From NCBI GenBank assembly GCA_039024555.1, contig JBCCQQ010000004.1, positions 96,001 to 160,000 on the forward strand: a DNA stretch of 64,000 nt. The letters are read 5' to 3'. The stretch is from Cyanobacteria bacterium P01_D01_bin.156. GTDB taxonomy: Bacteria > Cyanobacteriota > Cyanobacteriia > Phormidesmidales > Phormidesmidaceae. The position numbers were made by a program, and so were the translations under genes. Shown piece by piece: positions 28,642 to 39,743 of this stretch. The notes beneath the pieces were generated by a model, which ran no database searches, was not told where the DNA came from, and saw nothing but the letters and a program-made list of their open reading frames with translations. How positions within the stretch are numbered: the stretch's first letter is position 1; the number at the start of each line of letters is the position of its first letter.

Positions 28642-29634
28642 CTAACTGTCCACCTCCCCTTCGAAAAGAGTATCTAGAGGCATTGCAGTGATATTCAAAT
28701 GTTCTGTCAAATACCGCGACAGTACATCATTCTGCCCATGGGTCACATAGACTGTCTGTGCTTTAGTCTCTTGCACAGTTTTGATTAAACTGGGCCAGTC
28801 TGCATGATCCGACAACACAAAGCCTCGCTCATAGCCTCGTCGCCGCCGTGCGCCCCGTACGGCCATCCAACCTGACGCAAAGGCTGTCTGCGGTCGCTTA
28901 AATCGTTTCATCCAAGAAGAACGATGCCCCGATGGAGGCGCAATGACTAAATCTCCTTGAAATTTGTAAGATTTTTCTGTTTGGCTAGTGGGTATCGTTG
29001 GTAGCATATTCACCCCCACCTGACGATAAATCTCTGTCAGGGCCTGCACTGCACCATGGACATAGACTGTTTTATCTGTGAACTGGGTGAGTTCTGCCAA
29101 CACTCGCTGGGCCTTACCAAAGGAATAACAAAATAAGAGTGAAGGTCGTTCTAAATCACTTTGCCACCAGTGATAGATTTGTTCAGCTGTTTTTGCCCCT
29201 GACTGCCAACGATAGATGGGTAACCCAAAGGTGGCTTCGGTAATATAGGTGCCACACTCCACGACTTCAAAGGGTTCACAGGTTGGATCGTTACAGCGTT
29301 TATAGTCCCCTGAGACACACCACACGTCATCCTTGTATTCCACACGGATCTGGGCAGATCCTAGAACATGTCCTGCTGAGTGAAAAGATACCCAGGTGTT
29401 GCCTAGCTTAATTTTGTTGCCATACTGTATCAAGTTTAGGTCAATATCTTTGCCCAGTCGTTTGCGCAGAATACCTTCTGAGATGTCGATGGCGTAGTAA
29501 TGCTCAGAGCCAGAGCGGGCATGGTCCGAGTGAGCATGAGTAATGAGTGCGGTCTCTACTTTACGCCACGGGTCAATGTAAAAACCACCTTGCTCACAGT
29601 ACAACCCTTCAGGCCGGACGCTAATTAGAGACAT
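28642..29634 (-). CDS. Ligase-associated DNA damage response exonuclease (metallo-beta-lactamase/beta-CASP)
   Basis: YIDPW, ITHAHSDH, AGHVLGSAQ, GDYK, ITEATFGLP, ASGWM, LSDHADW, VTHG. Confidence 0.92.
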   Translation of the reverse strand: MSLISVRPEGLYCEQGGFYIDPWRKVETALITHAHSDHARSGSEHYYAIDISEGILRKRLGKDIDLNLIQYGNKIKLGNTWVSFHSAGHVLGSAQIRVEYKDDVWCVSGDYKRCNDPTCEPFEVVECGTYITEATFGLPIYRWQSGAKTAEQIYHWWQSDLERPSLLFCYSFGKAQRVLAELTQFTDKTVYVHGAVQALTEIYRQVGVNMLPTIPTSQTEKSYKFQGDLVIAPPSGHRSSWMKRFKRPQTAFASGWMAVRGARRRRGYERGFVLSDHADWPSLIKTVQETKAQTVYVTHGQNDVLSRYLTEHLNITAMPLDTLFEGEVDS

Positions 29635-29867
29635 ACTGATTTAGTAAGTGGGCATTTTCATCAATTCTATTTAGGGAAAGTCGGTCTAAAGAGAGTTTAC
29701 GCAGGTTGTTTCTAACTGTGAGAAGATTTCGCCCAGATACATAATTTAGAGGCATTGCCAACTAAGGGCAATAAAGAACGGTTTTATTGGGAAAATTTAA
29801 CCCACTAGCCCAATTCCTCAGTCTATTGCCCCTCACTTAGCAAATCAAGTTGTCTGCTGTCCCATTT

Positions 29868-29886
29868 CCATGAAAGCTATAGATGG
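29868..29886. promoter_or_regulatory. Putative LysR recognition box (T-N11-A)
   Basis: CCAT-GAAAGCTATAG-ATGG dyad in the divergent region upstream of the LysR gene. Confidence 0.5.
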
Positions 29887-30082
29887 ATTTAATCGATTTT
29901 ATTTAGCAATCTAGGTCAATATCAAGAGATGTACCCTCTGTTTTACGGGCATGGGGTCCTATCTACAGTGATTCGCTAAAGTTATTTGGTGAGTTGCGCT
30001 GCACATAGCTTTGTAATTCGAGGGTTCTAGCAATCAAATTGCCATAAGCTGTGAGCACCAAGTTATACATTCCAGGGGCTCT

Positions 30083-31006
30083 ATGGCTGAGAGCAATCCC
30101 AATCGATTAAAACTTTCCCAACTGCGGGCGCTGGTGGCGATCGCAAAAACGGGGACCTTTAGTGACGCGGCGTTGCAGCTAGATTTGTCCCAGTCTGCCG
30201 TGAGCCATGCGATCGCAACCCTAGAAGCAGAATTAGGAGTGGTTCTCCTAAATCGAGGCCGCCAGGGAGCTGTGCTCACGCCAGTAGGTGAGGCCATTAC
30301 TGCTGAAGCTCAACAGGTACTCGATCGATTGGATAACATTTGCCAACAGGCACAGCTGGCCAAGGGATTACAGTCGGGACATGTGCGGGTTGGTGGCTTT
30401 CGCAGTGTTGCCACCCACATTTTGCCAGCAGTGATTGAGCGCTTCCGTCAACAGTATCCTGGCATCAGTGTCACCATTGACGAATTTAGTCACTATCATC
30501 GTGTCGAAGAGTTGCTACGCCAAGGACGCCTCGATATTGGCTTTAGCTATTTGCCGACTAGTAAAGACTTTGACGCCTGGGAGCTTTTGCGGGATGAATA
30601 TGTAGTGTTGTTACCCCCATCTTCTAAGCCGATGGATGTCCAGCTCACCTGGGAACACCTCTTGAACTATCCTCTAATTCAAACACCGCCTGGGGATGGC
30701 TGCCGTTACAACATCGAACAATATCTCACTCGTCATAACCAACCACTAAGATTTGCTTACGACGTAAGGGAAGATTCAACCATCGTTAGCATGGTGAGAC
30801 GGGGGCTAGGTGCCTCAATTATGGCAAAGTTAGCCGCTGAACCGATTCCCGAAGACATTATTGTGGCCCAGTTGCCTGAACCATTTGAACGAGTGATTGG
30901 CATAGTTACCCTAGCCGAGGCCCTACAACCACCATCAGTTTTTGCCTTCCTAGACACCATCAAAGCAGTGTGGGGTGGTAAGCCTGGAGGTTCCCAAGCC
31001 GCTTAG
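30083..31006 (+). CDS. LysR family transcriptional regulator
   Basis: GTFSDAALQLDLSQSAVSHAIATLEAELGV HTH, LTPVGE, substrate-binding domain. Confidence 0.95.
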   Translation: MAESNPNRLKLSQLRALVAIAKTGTFSDAALQLDLSQSAVSHAIATLEAELGVVLLNRGRQGAVLTPVGEAITAEAQQVLDRLDNICQQAQLAKGLQSGHVRVGGFRSVATHILPAVIERFRQQYPGISVTIDEFSHYHRVEELLRQGRLDIGFSYLPTSKDFDAWELLRDEYVVLLPPSSKPMDVQLTWEHLLNYPLIQTPPGDGCRYNIEQYLTRHNQPLRFAYDVREDSTIVSMVRRGLGASIMAKLAAEPIPEDIIVAQLPEPFERVIGIVTLAEALQPPSVFAFLDTIKAVWGGKPGGSQAA

Positions 31007-31022
31007 GGAGGGGAGGGAAGAG

Positions 31023-31150
31023 TTCGGAATTTAGAAGTCGGAATTTAGCAAGGGAAGGCATTCCACGGAGCTGTGCTTCGCCTATCGAACACTTCGACTT
31101 TCGCCCCTAGCCCTTTTCCTAATTCCGAACTCCTAATTCCTAATTCCGAC
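31023..31150. repeat. STRR-like heptamer repeats in inverted arrangement
   Basis: CGGAATT-type units on the left, AATTCCG/AATTCCT units on the right. Confidence 0.6.
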
Positions 31151-31209
31151 CTCATTTTCGCCAAAGATGCCACACAATAGGAGGCGTCGGCCTATACCAA
31201 TGCTCTGTT

Positions 31210-31926
31210 GTGGTTCCTTTAAGTGACAATAATCCCACCCGCACAACACCCTATGTTGTCTTTGGGCTGATTGCTCTAAACGTGGTGCTGTTTTTCTATG
31301 AGCTCTCCTTACAGGGATCTGGTGAGCAAGCTCTGGATCGTTTTTTTCGGGTGTGGGCCATTGTTCCAGCAGAGCTGACCGACAGTTTTGTAGGACGTTC
31401 CATTAACCCGATTGGCGAGTGGTTTACGCTCATTAGCTCTCAGTTTCTACACGGGGGGTGGGCTCACCTAGGGGGCAACATGCTCTACCTGTGGATCTTT
31501 GGTAATAACATCGAAGACCAGCTAGGCCATGCCAAATTTATCGTGTTTTATTTGGCCTGTGGAGCTTTAGCAGGTCTGGCTCAGTGGTTCTTTTCACCCG
31601 GATCTATGGTGCCAACGCTGGGGGCAAGTGGTGCGATCGCAGGGGTGATGGGAGCCTATATTATTCGTTTTCCCAAGGCTCAGATTCTTACCTTGCTCCC
31701 CTTATTTATCCTGATTACCACGGTGCGTATTCCCGCCATTTTCTTTTTAGGCTGGTGGTTTGTCCAACAGGCATTTTACGGAGTAGCTAGCCTCGGGGCA
31801 AATGCTGACATGGGAGCAGGAGGGGTTGCCTACTGGGCTCACGCTGGAGGGTTTGTATTCGGAGTTATCTTAGGACCCTTATTGGGCCTGTTTCCCAAAG
31901 GACAAGGACCTTTTAACCGAAGATAA
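31210..31926 (+). CDS. Rhomboid family intramembrane serine protease
   Basis: FLHGG.AHL.GNM, GASGA (catalytic Ser), AH.GGF (catalytic His). Confidence 0.95.
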   Translation: MVPLSDNNPTRTTPYVVFGLIALNVVLFFYELSLQGSGEQALDRFFRVWAIVPAELTDSFVGRSINPIGEWFTLISSQFLHGGWAHLGGNMLYLWIFGNNIEDQLGHAKFIVFYLACGALAGLAQWFFSPGSMVPTLGASGAIAGVMGAYIIRFPKAQILTLLPLFILITTVRIPAIFFLGWWFVQQAFYGVASLGANADMGAGGVAYWAHAGGFVFGVILGPLLGLFPKGQGPFNRR

Positions 31927-31931
31927 TATGT

Positions 31932-32645
31932 TTAGAGCTCAGGTAAGCCAAAACTAGGCAGTTCAAATACATCTTCTTCTTTTTGTTCAGGATTAACCGG
32001 CGTAATTTCCTGAGCAGAGCCGTCGGAGCTGTCCGTATCTCCCACTCGAAACAAATATTCTCGACCAAATTGATTCGGCTGGCTAACCCCCTCATAAGTA
32101 GTTGTTACGCCCCGATTCAAAATAGTTAAGGTATAAGGCACCGTTAGAACATCGTAGGCACGACTTGCCGCATCAGCATCTTGAGCCGCTAACTCTTTCA
32201 AGCTACAGGGAATTGCCAACGCAACATAGGCCAAATAATTACCATCAGGTGCTGCTCCCGTTGGCCAAAAAATGTTCTCCACCGGAGCAATGCTTTGGGT
32301 CTCACAAAATCCATTAGCATCCACATCTAGTTGTCCACCAGACGGTGATGTGGGTGAACCAAAATCGATAATGTCACTGCCTGGGTCCACCACGATTAAA
32401 TCCAAGTCATCCTGGGTATCCCAACGTAGAGTGACTTGAATATCCCCCGTTTGCAAGATGGGCTGTCTAGGCTCGCCCACGGTATCCAATTGCTGCGGGC
32501 AAAGCGCCCCCAGGTCATAGATTTGACCATTGGCATCTTGGAGATAGCAACTGCCATAGGTTGCTTGCCCCCGAGCAGCGGTTTGTAGGCTGGCCCATAG
32601 AATCATCGGCCCCAGAGAAAGCAGAGTAACTGTCTTTTTTTTCAT
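31932..32645 (-). CDS. Secreted protein with YfaP/DUF2135-like domain
   Basis: Signal peptide, CYLQDANGQIYDLGALC motif, GDIQVTLRW...DDLDL.V.DP, GG.LDVD.N, ENIFW; start likely MKKKTV at 32645. Confidence 0.75.
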   Translation of the reverse strand: MKKKTVTLLSLGPMILWASLQTAARGQATYGSCYLQDANGQIYDLGALCPQQLDTVGEPRQPILQTGDIQVTLRWDTQDDLDLIVVDPGSDIIDFGSPTSPSGGQLDVDANGFCETQSIAPVENIFWPTGAAPDGNYLAYVALAIPCSLKELAAQDADAASRAYDVLTVPYTLTILNRGVTTTYEGVSQPNQFGREYLFRVGDTDSSDGSAQEITPVNPEQKEEDVFELPSFGLPEL

Positions 32646-32815
32646 TTCAGGGTGCACTGTTAACTTTTTCAACGCAAAATCATTGACCGAACCCGTTTAT
32701 TCACCAGACCCAGGGAATCTAGAAGGCAGAGTATCGTAATTTCTGCTCTGTACGCTAGACAGAAACTCAAAAGATGTGCTATCCATGGGCACATTCACTC
32801 GTGCTTTGGTTTTCC

Positions 32816-33634
32816 ATGGGCTCTTCTATCCTGGCTATGCTCTCATTGATTGTTATCAGCTATTCAGTTGCCTCAGTCCGGGTTATTAAAGAAGGGAATG
32901 CCGCCCTGGTGGAACGTCTAGGCCGATACAAATCCACCCTAGACCCAGGTGTGAGGTTTATTGTGCCGCTGTTAGATTCTTTAGTCATTGAAGACACCCT
33001 GCGAGAACAGGTCTTTGATATCGAGCCGAGAACGGCCACTACCCGAGACAACGTCAACGTCGATGTCGATGCCGTTATCTATTGGCGCATTTTAGACCTT
33101 GAGAAAACCTATTACGCCATTGAAGATGTAGAAATAGCCATCAGAGAGCTCGTCACCACCACACTGCGTTCCGAAGTCGGCAAGATGGAGCTTCAAGAAA
33201 CCTTTTCCTCACGGGATACTATCAACAAGGCCCTATTAGATGTGCTTGATGAAGCCACTGAGCCCTGGGGCGTAAAGGTAAATCGTGTCGAATTACAAGA
33301 GATTAAGATCCCCCCCGAAGTTGAAGAATCTATGCGACGAGAACAGGCCGCTGAAATCGCTAAGCGGGCGGCCATCACCGAAGCTGAAGGTCTTAAGCAA
33401 GCCGCGATCCTTGAAGCCGAAGGCAGCGTACAGTCTATGCAGTTAATCTCCCAAGCTTTTGATGGTCAACTTAGCCAGGGCGACATCATGAAGTTTCTCA
33501 TTGCACAGCGCTACGTTGATGCCAACCAAAAGCTAGGGGAGAGTGATAATTCCAAAGTAGTCTTTATGGATCCTCGAGCGTTGACAGAAGGCTTAGTGGA
33601 TCTAATTAATGAACCCCCTGATACTAATAACTAG
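32816..33634 (+). CDS. SPFH/Band 7 (stomatin-like) protein
   Basis: LVERLGRY, TRDNV.V.VDAV, LRSEVG, WGVKV.RVE, AE..KRA. Confidence 0.93.
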   Translation: MGSSILAMLSLIVISYSVASVRVIKEGNAALVERLGRYKSTLDPGVRFIVPLLDSLVIEDTLREQVFDIEPRTATTRDNVNVDVDAVIYWRILDLEKTYYAIEDVEIAIRELVTTTLRSEVGKMELQETFSSRDTINKALLDVLDEATEPWGVKVNRVELQEIKIPPEVEESMRREQAAEIAKRAAITEAEGLKQAAILEAEGSVQSMQLISQAFDGQLSQGDIMKFLIAQRYVDANQKLGESDNSKVVFMDPRALTEGLVDLINEPPDTNN

Positions 33635-33767
33635 GTAGTATTGCCAATTCTCAAAATGAGCTGAATGGGCTGATTTTGCCCCTTGTAAGTTTCTAGAACT
33701 ATTGCCCAAATCTTCTAAGATGTAGGTCCGGCATTTATGGCTGGGCCTTTGTTTATTAGCTGAAATC

Positions 33768-34823
33768 ATGGTCTCAACCGTTGGTGACACAACTCAATCT
33801 GCCCAACGCCCTCTATTAGGGATGAATCAGACTGAGCTAACAGAATGGGTTAAGACCCAGGGCCAACCTGCCTACCGTGGGAAACAGCTGCACCAATGGA
33901 TTTACAACAAGGGAGTGCGATCGCTCACTGATATTACGGTTTTTCCAAAATCTTGGCGACAGGAGACAGAGCAGTTTCCCATTGGTCGCTCAGCCATTCA
34001 TCATCGGTCTATCGCCCCCGACCAAACAGTCAAATTTTTGCTGCGTTTGGAAGATGATCACATCATCGAAGCCGTAGGCATGCCTACCGAGAAACGCCTG
34101 ACCGTATGTGTCTCATCCCAGGTTGGATGTCCCATGGCCTGCGATTTTTGTGCCACGGGCAAAGGGGGGTTTATCCGCAACCTAGCCACCCATGAGATCG
34201 TGGATCAGGTACTAACAGTCCAAGAAGAATTCGACCAGCGGGTAAGCAACATCGTCTTTATGGGCATGGGAGAACCCCTGATCAATGCTCCAAACGTGGT
34301 AACCGCAGTCAAATGTCTCAATCAAGACATTGGCATTGGCCAAAGAAGTATCACCATTTCCACCGTGGGCATTCCTGGGCAAATTCGTCGATTAGCTCAG
34401 CATCATTTACAGGTCACCTTAGCGGTGAGTCTCCATGCCTCTAATCAGTCTTTACGCACCCAGCTAATTCCCAGTGCCCAGCAATACCCACTCAATGAAC
34501 TCTTAAATGAGTGTCGCGACTATGTAACAACCACAGGTCGTCGCGTCACCTTTGAATACATCTTGCTAGCCGGATTAAACGATCGCCCAGAACATGCCGC
34601 AGAACTAGCCAGCTTACTGCGCGGGTTTCAAAGCCACGTCAACCTGATTCCGTACAACCCTATCAATGAGGTTGACTACAAAAGACCATCTAAACAGCAG
34701 GTAAATCAGTTTACCGAAGCCTTAAAAGCAGCAGGCATCGCAGTCAGCGTACGCTACTCTCGCGGCCTAGAAAAAGATGCTGCATGCGGTCAATTAAGAG
34801 CCTCTAGAGTATCTCCAGCCTAG
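33768..34823 (+). CDS. rlmN: Radical SAM RNA methyltransferase RlmN
   Basis: [31 protein letters not shown]. Confidence 0.96.
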   Translation: MVSTVGDTTQSAQRPLLGMNQTELTEWVKTQGQPAYRGKQLHQWIYNKGVRSLTDITVFPKSWRQETEQFPIGRSAIHHRSIAPDQTVKFLLRLEDDHIIEAVGMPTEKRLTVCVSSQVGCPMACDFCATGKGGFIRNLATHEIVDQVLTVQEEFDQRVSNIVFMGMGEPLINAPNVVTAVKCLNQDIGIGQRSITISTVGIPGQIRRLAQHHLQVTLAVSLHASNQSLRTQLIPSAQQYPLNELLNECRDYVTTTGRRVTFEYILLAGLNDRPEHAAELASLLRGFQSHVNLIPYNPINEVDYKRPSKQQVNQFTEALKAAGIAVSVRYSRGLEKDAACGQLRASRVSPA

Positions 34824-34846
34824 AAGCTCAGGATTGTGAAAAGAAT

Positions 34847-35035
34847 CTAGCTAGCAATTGCTGGAGCAATACCCGGTGCGTAAGCTTCAACAACCCTACC
34901 GGTTTTTTGACAAACAATCATTAAGTAATCACAGGAAGAACACTGGGTTCGAGTTAACTTTTGAGCCTCTAAATAATGACGCTCAGCCGGTTTGCCACAG
35001 TTAGGACAATGAATAGATTGAATGGTGGTGCTCAT
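34847..35035 (-). CDS. Small zinc-ribbon protein
   Basis: CPNCG..AERHY...TQCSSCDYLM..C..TG.V.EAYAPG. Confidence 0.8.
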   Translation of the reverse strand: MSTTIQSIHCPNCGKPAERHYLEAQKLTRTQCSSCDYLMIVCQKTGRVVEAYAPGIAPAIAS

Positions 35036-35547
35036 AAGGATTAGGTGTAGGGGGAATAGGTCTTAATTATGGCAATTCCCAATAGCTACAACAAGGTACC
35101 AAAGGACATATAAAACGCGGGGATCGCCCATTATTAAAGCGATCCCCATATCCATCCGGCACCTTGACACAGCTTATTTTGAGACTACTTAGAGGATTCA
35201 AAAATGATAAAAATCAACGCTAGATTTAAAGACAAAAGTTATTAATCCCATGAAGAATGTGTTTAGTCACAACAATTCAAGCACTTTTTTTCTAAAGAAA
35301 AATTTTAGAAAGTTTGCTGCATTTACTACTGTTTTGTCAGTCGCCCATGCTCTACATCAAAGAATATTGACATATGCCCACGGCAAGTTAGGATTCCTTG
35401 GTTATATGGCCATTTTCTGAAGTCATTGGGTAGATTTTTTTCCAGAATTCCTTTTTGCCACATCAAGTTTTCATAGCCCACTGGTACTTGTAAACTGCGC
35501 TGAGAGCAGCATCCAATACGTGACTTACACAAAGCTTTGCGCCACCC

Positions 35548-36678
35548 CTAAGACTCTCTACCTGGAATCAAGCTACCGCTAATGCGTTTAATCACACGAT
35601 TAGCCAGATCGGCGTAACGAATCTCACCCGCCAAAAGCTGCCCTAGTCGTTTGGTGGCTGTCGGGCGTTTAATGCCAACCCGGTACCCAATTTTTTGCAT
35701 ACGGAAAAAGATATTGGCAATGCGCTGACTCCACTGAATGTCATTTCCCCATTCAGTTTGGATAGTTTGGCTGTACTGTTCTAGAGCGTTACTATCCCCG
35801 CTTAACCCCTTTTCTACAGCAATAGCCGCTTGAATGCCACTAAATATGGCCGGTCGAATGCCTTCAGCCGTCATGGGATCCACCAGAGCTGCTGCTTCAC
35901 CAACCAAGAGTGCTTGTTGAGCATGAAGCGGGCGATTTCCACTCCATAGCTTTAATCCATGGGAATACAGCTGCCCGTGGGAAGCATCAGTCCCCAAAGA
36001 ATGGGCATAAGTCGCTAAGGATTCCTGGGGATTTTTGAGTTTATCTCCGAGAAAACGGGTAATCCCCAGAGAATGACGCTGCTGCTTTGGAAAATTCCAA
36101 AGACACCCCTGCTTAACCAAACCAAATTCAAAGGCCATGGTTGGTTCAGGCACCGGGTCGGGCAAATCTAGTTCTAAAACATAACTCTGGCGAACTTTCT
36201 CGGATTTAAACCCAAGCCATTGGGCCATTGGGCCATCTGCGCCATCAGCAGCAATTAAGTATTGGGCTTTATGTGAACCCTGCTCTGTATTCACAGTCCA
36301 TACTCCATCCTGGAGCTGAATTCCTAGGACTGAGGTACCATCCTGAACAGTCACCCCCTGTTTTACAGCCTGGTCCACCAGATAGTGATCAAACACATCA
36401 CGACGCACAACCCACATGGGTTCTTCTGTTTCTAGGACGGCTTCGATGGGATCCTCTAGCTGCCAGGTGTAGCGAATCCGACGCAGCTTTTGATCAATGA
36501 CAGGAGTGAGATCAAAGTCTAGCCATTGAGCAACGCTTGGTGCGATCGCACCTGTGCAGGGCTTATAACGGGGCAGCCGATGCTTCTCCAACAGCAGTAC
36601 GGAACGACCGCGTTTACCCAGCTGATGAGCCGTCGTACTACCCGCAGGACCAGCACCCACGACAATACAGTCAAACAT
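35548..36678 (-). CDS. Geranylgeranyl reductase family FAD-dependent oxidoreductase
   Basis: GAGPAG, PRYKPC, ADG, GEAA..VDP.TAEGIRPA; ATG at 36678 after AGGAG. Confidence 0.88.
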   Translation of the reverse strand: MFDCIVVGAGPAGSTTAHQLGKRGRSVLLLEKHRLPRYKPCTGAIAPSVAQWLDFDLTPVIDQKLRRIRYTWQLEDPIEAVLETEEPMWVVRRDVFDHYLVDQAVKQGVTVQDGTSVLGIQLQDGVWTVNTEQGSHKAQYLIAADGADGPMAQWLGFKSEKVRQSYVLELDLPDPVPEPTMAFEFGLVKQGCLWNFPKQQRHSLGITRFLGDKLKNPQESLATYAHSLGTDASHGQLYSHGLKLWSGNRPLHAQQALLVGEAAALVDPMTAEGIRPAIFSGIQAAIAVEKGLSGDSNALEQYSQTIQTEWGNDIQWSQRIANIFFRMQKIGYRVGIKRPTATKRLGQLLAGEIRYADLANRVIKRISGSLIPGRES

Positions 36679-36809
36679 TAATGCACTCCTGAAATGGCCC
36701 ACTTGCCGTCGCTATGCGGGAAGTATCGATGCCCATTATTTTAAGGGGCAACGGTACAAAAACAGTTCAGGAGTGCGTTTCTATCCGTCAACTAAGCCTA
36801 ATTGACAGA

Positions 36810-37367
36810 TTAGACCTTCATAATTTCCTTTTCTTTGTCGCCCAGAACCTGATCAATATTCTTGATGTATTGATCCGTCAGCTTTTGCACCTTGTCCTGC
36901 AGGTCACGAGATTCATCTTCAGAAAGGTCGCCGCTTTTTTCCTGTTTCTTAGCAAAATCCATCCCTTCTCGTCGGATATTGCGGATAGCGACTCGGCCTT
37001 CCTCGGCATATTTTCCAGCCTGTTTCACAAATTCCTTACGGCGTTCTGTCGTCAAAGGCGGAATATTCAACCGAATCACAGAACCATCATTGTTAGGCAC
37101 CAGACCCACATCTGATAAAGAAATGGCCTTCTCAATCTGGCTCAAAATACTAACATCGTAGGGTTGAATCATCAGCGTGCTTGGATCAGGAGTGCTGATG
37201 TTTGCCATGGACTTCAGCGGTGTAGGACTGCCGTAATATTCAACAGAAATACGATCTAACAAAGATGCATTGGCACGCCCAGTGCGAATAGTATTAAAAG
37301 AACGCTGGGTGGCTTCAACAGCCTTCATCATCCCCATTTCGACGTCATCGATATTAGCTAACTTCAC
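36810..37367 (-). CDS. frr: Ribosome recycling factor
   Basis: IRTGRAN, YYG.PTPL, P.NDG..IR...PPLT.ERR, IRNIRR; GTG start overlapping the pyrH stop. Confidence 0.97.
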   Translation of the reverse strand: MKLANIDDVEMGMMKAVEATQRSFNTIRTGRANASLLDRISVEYYGSPTPLKSMANISTPDPSTLMIQPYDVSILSQIEKAISLSDVGLVPNNDGSVIRLNIPPLTTERRKEFVKQAGKYAEEGRVAIRNIRREGMDFAKKQEKSGDLSEDESRDLQDKVQKLTDQYIKNIDQVLGDKEKEIMKV

Positions 37368-38082
37368 AAGATCCTCCCACAATTGTGCCAATCGGTTCCC
37401 CAGTCATGGCGCGCTGAATGTTACCAGCAACGGCTAGATTAAACACCATGATGGGGATGTTGTTATCTTTACATAGTGCAATGGCTGTGCCATCCATCAC
37501 TTTTAGATCTTTGGCGAGCACATGGCTATAGGTCAAGCTGGTATAGCGTTTAGCGTTGGGATTCGTCTTTGGATCGGAGTCGTAAACACCGTCCACCTTG
37601 GTCGCTTTTAATAAAACTTCGGCACTGATTTCGGCAGCACGCAGGGCCGCAGTTGTATCGGTCGTAAAGAATGGGTTACCAGAACCTGCACCAAAAATCA
37701 CCACACGATTTTTTTCCAGATGACGAATCGCTCGACGACGGATGTAGGGTTCTGCCATTTCCTGCATAGAAATAGCTGTTTGAACTCGGGTGGGAACATC
37801 GATACGTTCCAAGGCATCCTGCAAGGTCATGGCATTCATGACGGTGGCTAACATACCGATATAGTCAGCCGTAGCACGATCCATACCAGAGGCAGCTCCC
37901 TTAACACCGCGAAAGATGTTACCACCGCCAACCACAACGGCAATTTCAATGCCTTGGTCAACCGTAGCGGCAATTTCTTGAGCAATGGTGTCTACAACGG
38001 CGGGATCAATGCCATAGGCAAGGTTACCCATGAGGGCTTCGCCGCTAAGTTTGAGGAGTACTCGCTTGTAAGTGTTGCCCAT
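37354..38082 (-). CDS. pyrH: UMP kinase
   Basis: [32 protein letters not shown]. Confidence 0.98.
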   Translation of the reverse strand: MGNTYKRVLLKLSGEALMGNLAYGIDPAVVDTIAQEIAATVDQGIEIAVVVGGGNIFRGVKGAASGMDRATADYIGMLATVMNAMTLQDALERIDVPTRVQTAISMQEMAEPYIRRRAIRHLEKNRVVIFGAGSGNPFFTTDTTAALRAAEISAEVLLKATKVDGVYDSDPKTNPNAKRYTSLTYSHVLAKDLKVMDGTAIALCKDNNIPIMVFNLAVAGNIQRAMTGEPIGTIVGGSCEVS

Positions 38083-38203
38083 GCGGTGGCCTGTGACTGA
38101 ATTTCCCCATCAAGATAGCAGTCCAAGCGTGATTGGGGAACCGCATTTATAAAGGAGGGCGTGTACGCTTTACAATCGCGTTGGGTTCTTTACATAGACG
38201 CTT

Positions 38204-38887
38204 ATGGAACACCTGCAATCAAGTGTGATTGTCTGGCAAGTGGGCACGGTTCTACTTTGGTTGGGTTTGATCGGTGGTGCATCTGAAGGAGCGCGCCGAT
38301 TGGGTTACAGCCCGGAAATCACCCGCAAAATTGTTCATATTGGCGCAGGCCACGTCATTTTATTAGCTTGGTGGTTTAAGCTCCCAGCCTGGCTCGGTGT
38401 AGCGGCATCAGTCTTATTCGCTGGAGTAGCTTTGATATCTTACCAGTGGCCAATTTTACCGGGTATTAATAGCGTGGGACGCCGCAGCTGGGGGACATTT
38501 TTCTATGCCGTCAGTATCGGTGTTGTCATGGGCTGGTGCTGGCCCCAAGGCTATCCATATTTTGGGGTAATTGGCATATTAACCATGTGTTGGGGAGACG
38601 GCCTAGCGGCATTAGTCGGACAACGATGGGGACGTCATAGCTATGAGATATGGGGCGAACAAAAAAGTTTGGAAGGTAGCCTAACAATGGCTATGGCTAG
38701 TGCTTTGGTAGTGGTTGCCGTTTTAGGAGGATTACAGGGCCTATCGTTATCACTACTACTAGTGGCTTTTGGTGTTGCGATCGCAGCCACCCTGCTGGAA
38801 GCCATTTCTAAATACGGCGTGGATAATCTCACCGTTCCCCTTGGCACAACAGCTACGACCCTTACTTTAATGCATTGGTTAGCTTAG
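38204..38887 (+). CDS. Phytol/polyprenol kinase family membrane protein
   Basis: RKIVHIG, WGDGLAALVG..WG, KSLEGS, G.DNLTVP. Confidence 0.88.
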   Translation: MEHLQSSVIVWQVGTVLLWLGLIGGASEGARRLGYSPEITRKIVHIGAGHVILLAWWFKLPAWLGVAASVLFAGVALISYQWPILPGINSVGRRSWGTFFYAVSIGVVMGWCWPQGYPYFGVIGILTMCWGDGLAALVGQRWGRHSYEIWGEQKSLEGSLTMAMASALVVVAVLGGLQGLSLSLLLVAFGVAIAATLLEAISKYGVDNLTVPLGTTATTLTLMHWLA

Positions 38888-39234
38888 GCCTCATCGCTGA
38901 CTAGAGCCTAAAAGTCATGAGACGCTCACCCTAGCGAGCTCACCAGACACCTTAGAGTGATTTTTTTAGATCTGTAGAAAATAAATAATAAACAAATAGC
39001 CTAGGCCACAAACTGGAACAAAAACTGATGCTAAAGTTTAGGCAGTAAAGTTTGAAAAACGTTCCTCAGGCACCATTAACCTTGCGAACGGACAAGCTTT
39101 TAACCTATGGTTCAATGATTCAACAGCTTTAGATTGAGGGGCAATCTTAGCTCGTAACATGTGCATCTGGGAACGTTCCCACAGCTAAGTCTTAGATTTT
39201 TACTGCTGTCCAGTTAAACAGGTACCAAATTATC

Positions 39235-39657
39235 GTGTTTATGTTTAAGCGAAAGCCGACGACTTCTTTTACTTATCTCAGTCGTACATGTGAACTGGAA
39301 GGAAATGTGCATGCTGAGGGTCGTTTGCAGGTTGACGGCATCATTCATGGAATCGTAGATATCCAGGGAGATTTGGAAATTTCAAAAACGGGACTGATCG
39401 AGGGTCAAGAAGTTCGCGCCCACAACATTTCAGTCCAAGGGGTGCTAAAATCCCGCGTTTTTGCTGAGGGTAAACTTACCCTTAGCAGTACAGCTCGACT
39501 GGAAGGAGATGTAGTGGCCGGTTCCTTAGAGATTGAACCGGGAGCTTATTACACGGGCTATATTGAAACCCGTGAATCCAAGACTCTGCCCCCATCTCGG
39601 GATATTCCTGAGCTATATGGGACAGCTGAACCAAAGGAAAGCCGTACATCCGCTTAG
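39235..39657 (+). CDS. Bactofilin (polymer-forming cytoskeletal protein)
   Basis: Beta-helical repeats: LEGNV..EG.LQVDG, G.IEG.EV.A.NI.V.G, A.LEGDV....LEIE.GA...G. Confidence 0.9.
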   Translation: MFMFKRKPTTSFTYLSRTCELEGNVHAEGRLQVDGIIHGIVDIQGDLEISKTGLIEGQEVRAHNISVQGVLKSRVFAEGKLTLSSTARLEGDVVAGSLEIEPGAYYTGYIETRESKTLPPSRDIPELYGTAEPKESRTSA

Positions 39658-39698
39658 CACCTTAATTATCGATGTACTTTTCGTAATATTCGGAATAA

Positions 39699-39743
39699 GT
39701 AAAAGCCCTTCCTAAACCTGCTAAGTCTAGGGAGGGCTTTTAC
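39699..39743. terminator. Terminator hairpin after the bactofilin gene
   Basis: GTAAAAGCCCTTCCTA...TAGGGAGGGCTTTTAC. Confidence 0.7.

Noticed and set aside
31023..31150. Short repeats as a possible CRISPR array
   Set aside because: Units are 7-nt STRR-like words with no constant repeat-spacer periodicity.
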